From: a virus
Taxonomy: Duplodnaviria; Caudoviricetes
Reading direction: 5' to 3' (one strand)
DNA length: 60,354 bases
IMG/VR virus record: IMGVR_UViG_3300037520_000542
Location: 1 to 60,354 of that record
Each line of letters starts with the position of its first letter. Position 1 is the first letter of the stretch. The notes beneath the pieces are model-generated. The model was given only the letters and a program-made list of their open reading frames with translations. It had not been told where the DNA came from and ran no database searches. Of this stretch, positions 1 through 7,482 are shown piece after piece. Position numbers and translations under genes: made by a program.

Positions 1-127
1 AGTTCGTGGCCCGCCGCGAAGGCGGAATCCCGCTCTCGGTCGGTACCGTGAAGCGGAAACCCTTGCGGCGTAAGGATGGAACGCGGGGGATGAAGGAGCG
101 GCCCCCGAAGCCCCCCACTCGCGCGCG
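1..127. repeat. Terminal direct repeat, copy 1 (identical to 60228-60354)
   Basis: Exact 127-nt match between the two window ends; 127 is a common assembler k-mer, implying a circular contig of 60227 bp. Confidence 0.95.
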
Positions 128-225
128 TGATTAGTTACGTCCCCCTCCTGCAACTTTTCTGAAAACACCTCGATCCCTGCCCGCTCTGACTATCTGCCTC
201 TTTCCCGCCCGTGACGATTGGTGGC

Positions 226-1092
226 ATGGATGTCACCGATCTGCCGGTCAGGTACGACGACAAGTTCGCTGACCGGGTGCAGCGGATGAGTTGGCAGCGA
301 TCCGCCACTGGGTACGCCCGCTACTGCTGGGTGGAGGACGGTCGCGTCCGCTGGGTGTCGATGCACCGGCTCGTCTGGGCGTGGGAGCATGGCTGGGAGA
401 ACGTGCCCCGCTACATCGACCACATCAACGGCGACCGGATGGACAACCGGCTGGAGAACCTGCGTCCGGCCACCCTGTCGCTGAACGCCCACAATGCCCG
501 CCGCAAATCGAGGCATCTCCCGCAGGGCGTTTTCGTCAACAAGGGGTCGGCCCTGAACCCGTACTACTCTGCGATAAACCACCGCAACCGGCTGCATCAC
601 TTGGGGGTGTTCGCGACCGTCGAGGACGCTCGTGCGGCGTATGACCGTGCCCGCTCCCGGATCATGGAGTACGAGGTGGCGATGGCGTGCGGGGAGCCGT
701 GCGAGCCTCCCGTGATCGAGGTGAAGCGTGGTCGTCTCGGTCGCCCTCCGATTGGCGGCGGAGAGACGGCGGTGGCTCTCTACCGTTCCGGGCTGACGGT
801 CAAGCAGGTCGCCTCCCGTATGGGCATCAGTGATCGCACCGCGAGCCGTTTGCTGAGGTCTCTGGGAGTTCCTCTCACTCGCGGGCGGCGAGCCACCGTT
901 GACAGCATCCCCCCGTCCGGTACACTGGACGCCCGTTCAGCATCCCAACAGGAGCAGTCGGATGATTACGGCAACAATCACTGGGAACGTGGGCAAGGAG
1001 CCGACCCTGCGGACGACGCAGAGCGGCAAGACGATGGCGACCTTCTCGGTGGCCTCGACGGAGAAGAAGGACGGGCCGACGACTTGGGTTGA
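226..1092 (+). CDS. HNH homing-type endonuclease with AP2 and C-terminal HTH DNA-binding domains
   Basis: IDHINGDRMDNRLENLR (HNH_3-type), YYSAINHRNRLHHLGVFATVEDARAAYD (AP2-like), GLTVKQVASRMGISDRTASRLL (HTH); start 211 or 226; tail overlaps ssb. Confidence 0.85.
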   Translation: MDVTDLPVRYDDKFADRVQRMSWQRSATGYARYCWVEDGRVRWVSMHRLVWAWEHGWENVPRYIDHINGDRMDNRLENLRPATLSLNAHNARRKSRHLPQGVFVNKGSALNPYYSAINHRNRLHHLGVFATVEDARAAYDRARSRIMEYEVAMACGEPCEPPVIEVKRGRLGRPPIGGGETAVALYRSGLTVKQVASRMGISDRTASRLLRSLGVPLTRGRRATVDSIPPSGTLDARSASQQEQSDDYGNNHWERGQGADPADDAERQDDGDLLGGLDGEEGRADDLG

Positions 1093-1321
1093 GGTCGCCT
1101 GCTTTGACGAGCAGGCCGACATGGTGTCCCAGAGCCTCCACAAGGGCGACAGGGTGGTCGTCACGGGACGGGCGGCTCTGGAGACGTACGAGAAGAAGGA
1201 CGGCTCTCAGGGCTTCTCATTGCGCCTGATGGCGGATGAGGTCGGCAAGTCGCTGCGGTGGCCCAAGCGGCAGGCGGTGGCGGCTGGCGTCGAAGAGGCG
1301 GATGAGGTCATTCCGTTCTAG
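962..1321 (+). CDS. ssb: Single-stranded DNA-binding protein
   Basis: ITGNVGKEPTLRTTQSGK...LHKGDRVVVTG, acidic C-terminus DEVIPF; RBS CAGGAG before ATG 962. Confidence 0.95.
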   Translation: MITATITGNVGKEPTLRTTQSGKTMATFSVASTEKKDGPTTWVEVACFDEQADMVSQSLHKGDRVVVTGRAALETYEKKDGSQGFSLRLMADEVGKSLRWPKRQAVAAGVEEADEVIPF

Positions 1322-1351
1322 TTTCGCGATTCGCGAATACCGAACGCTTCA

Positions 1352-1384
1352 GACCGGCAGGGGAAGGGATGCCCCTGACCGGTC
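1352..1384 (+). terminator. Hairpin downstream of ssb (possible terminator or processing site)
   Basis: GACCGG-CAGGGG...CCCCTG-A-CCGGTC inverted repeat; no U-tract. Confidence 0.35.
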
Positions 1385-1402
1385 GCCACGCACGGAGGTG
1401 TC

Positions 1403-1615
1403 ATGCGGGCCAGCCTGAACTTCACTCTCCCGGACGACCAGTTCGCGTTCGACGCCGCCCTCTCTGGGCAGCGGGCACTGGTGGTGCTGGCCGAGATCGA
1501 CAGCCGCTGCCGGAAGATCATCCAGCACAGCGCGTCGTCAGATGGCGAGGCGGAACTCGCCCGCCGTGTCCGGATGATGATTCCCGCCGACCTGCTGGAG
1601 GTGCTGCATGACTGA
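1403..1615 (+). CDS. Hypothetical phage protein (70 aa)
   Basis: RBS GGAGG; coupled to the next ORF. Confidence 0.75.
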   Translation: MRASLNFTLPDDQFAFDAALSGQRALVVLAEIDSRCRKIIQHSASSDGEAELARRVRMMIPADLLEVLHD

Positions 1616-1979
1616 CGACATCGTGACGCGACTTCGCGGCTGGCACTGGCTGCACCTTTCGAGGATTGGCGAGTTGTTTGATGAGGCGGCAGGCGAGATC
1701 AAGCGGCTGCGAGGCGATGCCGAGATCGCGAGGCTGCGACTGGAGGCGGCGCACGGTGAGGTCGCCCTTCTTCGCGAGGCTATTCACCGTCTTGCTCAAC
1801 AGGACGCCACGTTGTCGGTGAGCGGTGGAAACGTGACCGTGACGATGGACGCCACGCTCAACGACGAGGAGCGTGAGGCGATCTGGACTGTTGCGGAGGC
1901 ATACGCTGAGAACGACGGTGACCCGGATTGCGAGCGGATCGCCAGAATCATGCAAGGGCTGTGGCAGCGGACGAAGTGA
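1608..1979 (+). CDS. Hypothetical phage protein (123 aa)
   Basis: RBS GGAGG; DIVTRLR...EAAGEIKRLR pattern typical of small phage proteins; stop codon forms part of an attC R box. Confidence 0.8.
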   Translation: MTDDIVTRLRGWHWLHLSRIGELFDEAAGEIKRLRGDAEIARLRLEAAHGEVALLREAIHRLAQQDATLSVSGGNVTVTMDATLNDEEREAIWTVAEAYAENDGDPDCERIARIMQGLWQRTK

Positions 1980-2066
1980 GAACGCCAGCGATCAGCGGCA
2001 TCGAACGCAGGAGACGACCATGACAGACGAGGTAGATGAGATGTCCGCTGCATCGCGTGGTTCTCA
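1977..2066 (-). mobile_element. attC: attC site (integron cassette recombination site) B
   Basis: Minus strand: TGAGAAC-CACGC-GAT(G)CAGC-GG(A)CATC...GATG-CC-GCTGATC-GCTGGC-GTTCTCA. AAC/GTT core triplets, 5/6-nt spacers, 8/7-nt L boxes, two extrahelical bases. Confidence 0.88.
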
Positions 2067-2079
2067 ATGGGAGAAGTGA
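2020..2079 (+). CDS. 19-aa mini-ORF starting inside the attC B loop (MTDEVDEMSAASRGSQWEK)
   Basis: RBS CAGGAG at 2008-2013, ATG 2020, stop just before the ATG at 2081. Confidence 0.45.
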   Translation: MTDEVDEMSAASRGSQWEK

Positions 2080-2080
2080 A

Positions 2081-2347
2081 ATGGACGTTGTGAGTCGCAT
2101 CAACCGCTGGCTGGAGGACGAGGACGCGGCCGACGCAGACGAGACGCTGCATGATGCACGCGACGAGATCGTAGCCCTTCGGGCGTTGCTAAAGCGGCAG
2201 AGCGAGGCAGCGCATCAAGCGGTCACAATGATGGGCCGGTACGCCGAGCAAACCGGCTTTCTGCTTGGCGGATTGGAGATGACGGCGGCTGGACACACCA
2301 CAGCCGACAAGGTCTTGAAGGCGCTCAAGGCGAAGTATCGGGACTGA
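2081..2347 (+). CDS. Hypothetical protein, cargo of cassette 2 (88 aa)
   Basis: RBS GGAG; its TGA is the first 3 nt of attC A. Confidence 0.8.
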   Translation: MDVVSRINRWLEDEDAADADETLHDARDEIVALRALLKRQSEAAHQAVTMMGRYAEQTGFLLGGLEMTAAGHTTADKVLKALKAKYRD

Positions 2348-2435
2348 GAACGCGGAAGATGATCGGCCCGCGAAGGAGGGGCCATGCTATGACGAACGAC
2401 GAAGATCGCGGGTCCGATCCATCGACTGGTTCTGG
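2345..2435 (-). mobile_element. attC: attC site A
   Basis: Minus strand: CCAGAAC-CAGTC-GAT(G)GATC-GG(A)CCCGCGA...TCGCGGG-CC-GATCATC-TTCCGC-GTTCTCA; same geometry as site B with covarying L-box sequence. Confidence 0.9.
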
Positions 2436-2640
2436 CTCGGGGTTGCCAGCACACCTGATTCAGCCGGAGTGGACGGAACTAGCGCGAGCCGTGACGTTCT
2501 TTGGCGTGCCGCTAGATAGACTCAGCCGTGACGAGTTGATTGCCAACATTGGATACCTCCTTACTCAAGTTGAGGATGTGAAGCGGATGCACCGCGCAAC
2601 GCTGGAAATCTTGAAGGAGAGGCACCCGGTTTCTTGGTAG
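2389..2640 (+). CDS. Hypothetical protein, cargo of cassette 1 (83 aa)
   Basis: RBS AAGGAGG and ATG lie in the attC A loop; TAG abuts CCAGAAC. Confidence 0.75.
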   Translation: MTNDEDRGSDPSTGSGSGLPAHLIQPEWTELARAVTFFGVPLDRLSRDELIANIGYLLTQVEDVKRMHRATLEILKERHPVSW

Positions 2641-2678
2641 CCAGAACCAGCGTTTATGCAGCAGCCTGCTGCGTAACA
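2641..2678 (-). mobile_element. attI-like site heading the cassette array
   Basis: Minus strand: TGTTACGCAGCAGG-CTGC-TGCATAA-ACGCTG-GTTCTGG; has an R box and an L-like box but no distal R'' arm. Confidence 0.6.
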
Positions 2679-2748
2679 CCCCTGTCGCCGCGAGCGACGT
2701 GACCCCAGAACGTGTCCCAAAAAAGACGAACCGGCGACACTTCCCAAT

Positions 2749-2892
2749 ATGAGTAGCCCGCTCATCGCCCTGACCGGAGTCATCTACCTCTACGTCTCGG
2801 TGGAGCAGTTCTGGCGCGGCAATCCCGGCATGGGGATCGCCTATCTGGGGTACGCCTTCGCCAACGTGGGCCTGTTTCTTATGGCCCGGTAG
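2749..2892 (+). CDS. Small two-helix membrane protein (47 aa), absent from the ORF track
   Basis: MSSPLIALTGVIYLYVSVEQFWRGNPGMGIAYLGYAFANVGLFLMAR. Confidence 0.75.
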   Translation: MSSPLIALTGVIYLYVSVEQFWRGNPGMGIAYLGYAFANVGLFLMAR

Positions 2893-2903
2893 GGCGGACG
2901 CCG

Positions 2904-2914
2904 GGACATAAGTC
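2904..2914 (+). promoter_or_regulatory. Putative late-promoter motif GGMCAYRARYC
   Basis: GGACATAAGTC, 17 nt before ATG 2932; related copies at 3222, 6298, 14387, 22357, 42199. Confidence 0.55.
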
Positions 2915-2931
2915 ATTCGGAGGACGAGAAC

Positions 2932-3201
2932 ATGCAGCCGCGACAGATGTACGAAGTCGCTGATGGTGGTCCGGAGATCATGCGCCAGACGGTGCCGGGC
3001 TACGGCTACATCCGCAAGTCCACGCCGACAGAACAGATGGTGGGTGGCATGGGTCGCGGTCAACTCCCGTCCGCCGACATGCTCATGGACGTTGGTGGCG
3101 ATGCCTACACGCAGGGCCGGTCGCTTCTTCGCGGCCTTCTTGGTCGCCCGGACCCAGACGGACTCCAGAACCGACGCGACACGAGCGTTTGGGTTCAGTA
3201 G
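2932..3201 (+). CDS. Hypothetical protein (89 aa)
   Basis: RBS GGAGGA; follows the promoter-like motif. Confidence 0.7.
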   Translation: MQPRQMYEVADGGPEIMRQTVPGYGYIRKSTPTEQMVGGMGRGQLPSADMLMDVGGDAYTQGRSLLRGLLGRPDPDGLQNRRDTSVWVQ

Positions 3202-3221
3202 GCCCGTTGCGGGGAGCCGAA

Positions 3222-3232
3222 GGCCATAAATC
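3222..3232 (+). promoter_or_regulatory. Putative late-promoter motif
   Basis: GGCCATAAATC upstream of GTG 3252. Confidence 0.55.
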
Positions 3233-3251
3233 CCTGTGAAGGGAGACTGGC

Positions 3252-5048
3252 GTGGGCATAGGCGACTGGATCAGCAACGCAGCGAAGTTTGCCAAGAAGG
3301 CACCCCCAGCCGTCCCGGCGGCGCGGATGGCGGAGTTGGCGAAGAAGGCCCGCGAGGCCGCACCTGCCCAGTCGGCATCTCTGGCCGACAAGTTTCCGCT
3401 GCTGGATGACGCTGCCGTTCCGCAAGCCATCGACATGGCGTCAGTCTCGTACCCAAAGAAGGGTCAGTTTCCATTCATTCCGGGCGTCAAGTGGACGCAA
3501 AGCGACGGCTATTTCGTTCCCGACAACCCGCAACTCGTGGCGGAAGCCATTGCCGGTGGGTTCATCGAACCGCCAATGGGCGTCAAGCCTGTAAGCGGAA
3601 ACGCCGGGCCCGTAGGCAGCGTGCCCAAGCAAGCCGACAAAGGCCCGGAGGGCTACACGCTCGCGCCGCTCGATGATGACGACCCAGCAGACGTAAGCGA
3701 TGGCGGATTTGAAAGTCAAGATTACGCCAGCCGGGTGGCCTCCGACTTGGGCGTGATTGACTGGGACGAGATTTTAGGTGGGTTTGTTGACCCTGACAGC
3801 GGCGACGCGCTGGTTGGAAAGAAGTTGAAAAAGAAGATGAAAGAGGCCAAAGAGATGGCCGGGACGCTTGGCATTTACTGGCCGGGCGATCCAAAGCCTG
3901 TTGACAGGAGGCCGGAAGAGAACATCCGCGACTACATCGCCCGCCTTCGCGAGATGGACAAGAACGAGGAGTACAAGCCTGCGGTCGCAAAGGCCGTGTC
4001 CGACCTTGAGGAGCGACTGGCTGGTCACGTCAGTAAAGGAAACATCCGGCCTCTAGAGCCCGGCTCCGAAGACGTGATCTCCGCCACCACGACTGCCGAT
4101 AAGGTGGACGCCGCCAAGAGAGGCACTCGGAATCAGATTACTCGGGACTACATCGACTACCTCGCCTCCAGCGGCGTGGATCAGAGGACATTAGACGACA
4201 TCGCGTCCGGTGCCCTGCCGATGGACCCGCAGTCACGGATGGCTCGTGCCGAGCAGCACGACCTCGATCCGAAGGCGATCTGGTTCCGCTGGGACAGGCC
4301 GCTGAAGACCGACATGAAGGGCTTTACCGGCGCGGCACTGGCACAGCCAGAACTGCGTCGATACAAGAGCGGCCAACTGGGGTTCATTGACCTCGCGCCC
4401 AGCAAGGAAGGGCTGGTCTACACGTCGCACAACCCGGGCTTCGCGAAGCGCGGCGTCCAGATGCCGTATGACGAAGTGATTTCCTACCCCCTGCTGGGCC
4501 CGAAGGAGGGCATCGCTGGCATCGACAACATGCCGCCCTCCGCCTACGACACATTTCGCAGCCGCATGCAATCGCTGCTGCTCAAGAAGTTCCCTGACAA
4601 GCATCTGTATCCTGAGAATCCCGGCATCCGTCGCGCTCACATGCGAAGCCATCATCTGGCAGAGCCGTTAGTGGAGCCGCAGTATGTTCAGGGGCCGCTG
4701 CGCGAGGCCACGCTCGACTCGCTGAGACGAATAGGGCCGAGTAGTCATGCGACGCACGAGGCGCAGGGAACTATTCCGCACTTTTCGACCGCAGAGGATC
4801 GCAAGGTCTACACTGAGCCGCTGATGGCATCGGGCGCGAAGGGCACCCTTGTCAGGGACGAGACGGGCTTTGCCACTGCGTTCACGCCCGCAGGGGCGAG
4901 GATGCTGCGGCGCGCCGACCTTGCCCCGCTCGACACTCGATTCAAGGGTGCGAGAAACCTTCTCCAGTCGCTGCTCGTTCCGGCTGTGATTGCGGGCGGT
5001 GCGTCCAGCCTGCCCTCGACCGATAGCCGACGCACGGAGAATCGCTAG
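3252..5048 (+). CDS. Protein with a putative divergent ADP-ribosyltransferase-like (ART-PolyVal-like) C-terminal domain
   Basis: LPMDPQSRMARA..D....WFRW / GLVYTSHNP / SYPL / GAKGTLVRD / LDTRFKGARNLL parallels the motif order of phage polyvalent-protein ART domains. Confidence 0.5.
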   Translation: MGIGDWISNAAKFAKKAPPAVPAARMAELAKKAREAAPAQSASLADKFPLLDDAAVPQAIDMASVSYPKKGQFPFIPGVKWTQSDGYFVPDNPQLVAEAIAGGFIEPPMGVKPVSGNAGPVGSVPKQADKGPEGYTLAPLDDDDPADVSDGGFESQDYASRVASDLGVIDWDEILGGFVDPDSGDALVGKKLKKKMKEAKEMAGTLGIYWPGDPKPVDRRPEENIRDYIARLREMDKNEEYKPAVAKAVSDLEERLAGHVSKGNIRPLEPGSEDVISATTTADKVDAAKRGTRNQITRDYIDYLASSGVDQRTLDDIASGALPMDPQSRMARAEQHDLDPKAIWFRWDRPLKTDMKGFTGAALAQPELRRYKSGQLGFIDLAPSKEGLVYTSHNPGFAKRGVQMPYDEVISYPLLGPKEGIAGIDNMPPSAYDTFRSRMQSLLLKKFPDKHLYPENPGIRRAHMRSHHLAEPLVEPQYVQGPLREATLDSLRRIGPSSHATHEAQGTIPHFSTAEDRKVYTEPLMASGAKGTLVRDETGFATAFTPAGARMLRRADLAPLDTRFKGARNLLQSLLVPAVIAGGASSLPSTDSRRTENR

Positions 5049-6298
5049 TGGCCGACCCCAACGAACTCCGGGCCAAGATGATCCTCAAGGACATCTACGC
5101 CCGTCATGGCATCGACCCCTCCATGCCGCTTGAGGAGCAACTCAATGCGGTGCAGATGAGTGCCATGATGGGTGGCAACGTCCAGTCCGCATGGTCGAAC
5201 CCGGAGGAGCGTGCCCGTGCGAGGGCGGAGTACGCCGCAAAGGGCAGGACCGACCAAGAGAAGGAGCAGCGGTGGCAGCAGTCGGCGCATCTGCTCGACC
5301 CGGACACCTACCAGTACCAGCAGAACGCAGGCCGAGACATCGACTTCCTGCTGGCGATGGATCAAGCCTCGCGCCGCGACCCGGATGCGGCGAGGGGTGC
5401 TGCGGCTGTTGGAGCGGCTGGCGGAACGTCAGCGTACGCACAGACGCCCCAGTCCGGAGTTGCCGAAGCACTGGCCTATTGGGACTCCAGCAACAACAGT
5501 CCGCTGTTCAGGGAGTCGCTGACCACCTCCAACTACCAGTCGCAGAGCCCGCTGCTCATGGGCCTGCTCAATGCCACGACGAACCCCGATGTTCCCGCCG
5601 GGAACTACATGAACTTCTCGGAGGTGATCCCCGACTGGGTTCGCATGTGGGGCTCTGGCGAGACGGGCTCCAGCGGCGAGGCGTACGAGGCGGCTCAGGC
5701 CAAGCGGATGGCGACCAACCGCTACCGTCTTTCGTCTCCCTCGCCAGTCCTTGACCTCCCAGACGGCGCAGATGTGGTGGCAAAGGACAATCGCATCCGG
5801 GAACTGCGTGACCTGACGCAGAAGGCAGACATCCCAAGCGCCTCGCAGCGGTGGGCGAGAACGGCAGGGGTCGTGCCGCCGGGATGGCTTACGGATTCGC
5901 TGGACTTTGCGACCAGTTGGCTCGACCCGACTGCCGTGATCCCAGTTGGCGGGGTTGCGGCCGGTGCCGCGAAGGCTGGAGTGAAGGGCAGCGTCAAGCC
6001 GCTACTGGCGGGCCTAAGTTCCGGGCTGTCCAACTTTGCGTCAGACATGGGCGTTGAGCAAGCCATCGGTCACGGCATCGGCGGCGTGACCGGAGGTCGC
6101 CCTGAGCGCTCTTGGAAAGAGTGGGCGTTAGGCGACTGGAGCCCCAGCCAAAAGAGCGAAGAAGAGGTTGCCGCATCCCGTCAGGCACGCACGCAACTCT
6201 ACGACCAACTCAAGGACGACGACAGAGTATCGAGAGCCGACTCGGAGGCGTACAAGGGTTTGGGACTGCGGGTCCATGTCCCGTACTCATACCGGTAG
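5048..6298 (+). CDS. Probable virion or ejection-type protein (416 aa)
   Basis: Ala/Gly-rich, LDFATSWLDPTAVIPVGG motif; lies in the structural block. Confidence 0.5.
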   Translation: MADPNELRAKMILKDIYARHGIDPSMPLEEQLNAVQMSAMMGGNVQSAWSNPEERARARAEYAAKGRTDQEKEQRWQQSAHLLDPDTYQYQQNAGRDIDFLLAMDQASRRDPDAARGAAAVGAAGGTSAYAQTPQSGVAEALAYWDSSNNSPLFRESLTTSNYQSQSPLLMGLLNATTNPDVPAGNYMNFSEVIPDWVRMWGSGETGSSGEAYEAAQAKRMATNRYRLSSPSPVLDLPDGADVVAKDNRIRELRDLTQKADIPSASQRWARTAGVVPPGWLTDSLDFATSWLDPTAVIPVGGVAAGAAKAGVKGSVKPLLAGLSSGLSNFASDMGVEQAIGHGIGGVTGGRPERSWKEWALGDWSPSQKSEEEVAASRQARTQLYDQLKDDDRVSRADSEAYKGLGLRVHVPYSYR

Positions 6299-6308
6299 GC
6301 CACGAATC
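6298..6308 (+). promoter_or_regulatory. Putative late-promoter motif
   Basis: GGCCACGAATC before the scaffold-capsid operon. Confidence 0.45.
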
Positions 6309-6325
6309 CCGAAGGGAAGGAACTC

Positions 6326-7465
6326 ATGTCGGACGACGTTGCGGTTGCGGATGTTGACGAGTCGGTCGATTCCACGCCGGACACCAGCACTCCCGAGACG
6401 AGCGTAGCCAGTGAGCCTGCATCTTCAGCATCGCCGCAGGCTTCGGCTGCACCACAGCAGTCGGTGTGGGACGCCTTCAAGAATCTCGATGAGTTTCGCG
6501 GGCAAGACGACATTGCAATCGCTCGCCGCCTCTATGCCTCGATGGAGCGAGAGAAAGCAGCAACAAACGCTCTTGCCCAGTACCAGCAGTACGTCCCCAT
6601 CGCCCAGCAGTACCTCCAAAACCGAGAACCCTTTGAGCAGTTCCAGCAGCACCGAGAATCCTTCCAGCGATGGCTCGCCTCCCAGCAGCAGCCCGCCGCC
6701 CAGCAAGTAGAGAAGACCTCTGCTTCGGAGGCGATGAAGAAGTGGTGGAACCCTCCGGAGGTTCGCGACTCCTACCGGCAGTACCTCGTCAAGGACGAGA
6801 ACGGGCGGGAGGTCATCTCTCCGGATGCCCCGCTCGACGCCAAGCACGCCCTGTACGAGTACCAGAAGTACAAGGCCGACTTCGCCCAGAAGTTCCTCAC
6901 CAACCCGGAGGAAGCGCTGGGGCCGATGATCCAAGAGATCGCCCAGCGGCAGGCCCAGCAGATCGTGGAGTCGCAGTTCGCGGAGGTGCATCAGCAGCAG
7001 TACGTCTCCGGGCTGGAGCAGGAGAACCGCGACTGGCTCTACGACCAGAGCGGGCGACCGACCGAAGAGGGGCTCGCGGCCCAGCGCTACATTGACGAAG
7101 CCGCGTCGATGGGGATTCAGGGCGCTGAAATGCGGTGGGCGTACGCTACGAAAATGATCGAGCGTGACCTGCTTGAGCGGCTGCGAACGATGGGTGCCGA
7201 GCAGACGCAGCGAAGTGCGTTTGAGGCTGGATTACCGCAGCAGATGCACGCTGCCGCCATGCAGCAGCAGGCCCCTGCTGCGCCTCTTTCGCAACCCGCC
7301 TCTGCGCCAAGTAAGGCCGAGAGGGACATAGAGTTCCTTAGAAGGGAAGCGTCCCGCAGTCCGAGCAAGGCTGCGGGCAACGACGACCCGAGAACCCCGC
7401 AGGCTCCACTGACGTTTGAGCAGCGACTCGCACGTCAGTTGGCCCGAGACGGCATCACCTCCTGA
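6326..7465 (+). CDS. Probable capsid scaffolding protein
   Basis: Acidic disordered N-terminus, Gln-rich coiled coil, directly upstream of the capsid gene. Confidence 0.7.
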   Translation: MSDDVAVADVDESVDSTPDTSTPETSVASEPASSASPQASAAPQQSVWDAFKNLDEFRGQDDIAIARRLYASMEREKAATNALAQYQQYVPIAQQYLQNREPFEQFQQHRESFQRWLASQQQPAAQQVEKTSASEAMKKWWNPPEVRDSYRQYLVKDENGREVISPDAPLDAKHALYEYQKYKADFAQKFLTNPEEALGPMIQEIAQRQAQQIVESQFAEVHQQQYVSGLEQENRDWLYDQSGRPTEEGLAAQRYIDEAASMGIQGAEMRWAYATKMIERDLLERLRTMGAEQTQRSAFEAGLPQQMHAAAMQQQAPAAPLSQPASAPSKAERDIEFLRREASRSPSKAAGNDDPRTPQAPLTFEQRLARQLARDGITS

Positions 7466-7482
7466 AGCGCGAAAGGTAAGAC

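Noticed and set aside
1315-1400. A third attC closing a cassette that holds the 1403-1979 genes
   Set aside because: GTTCTAG at 1315 has no matching L boxes or partner AAC arm; the nearby hairpins lack attC geometry
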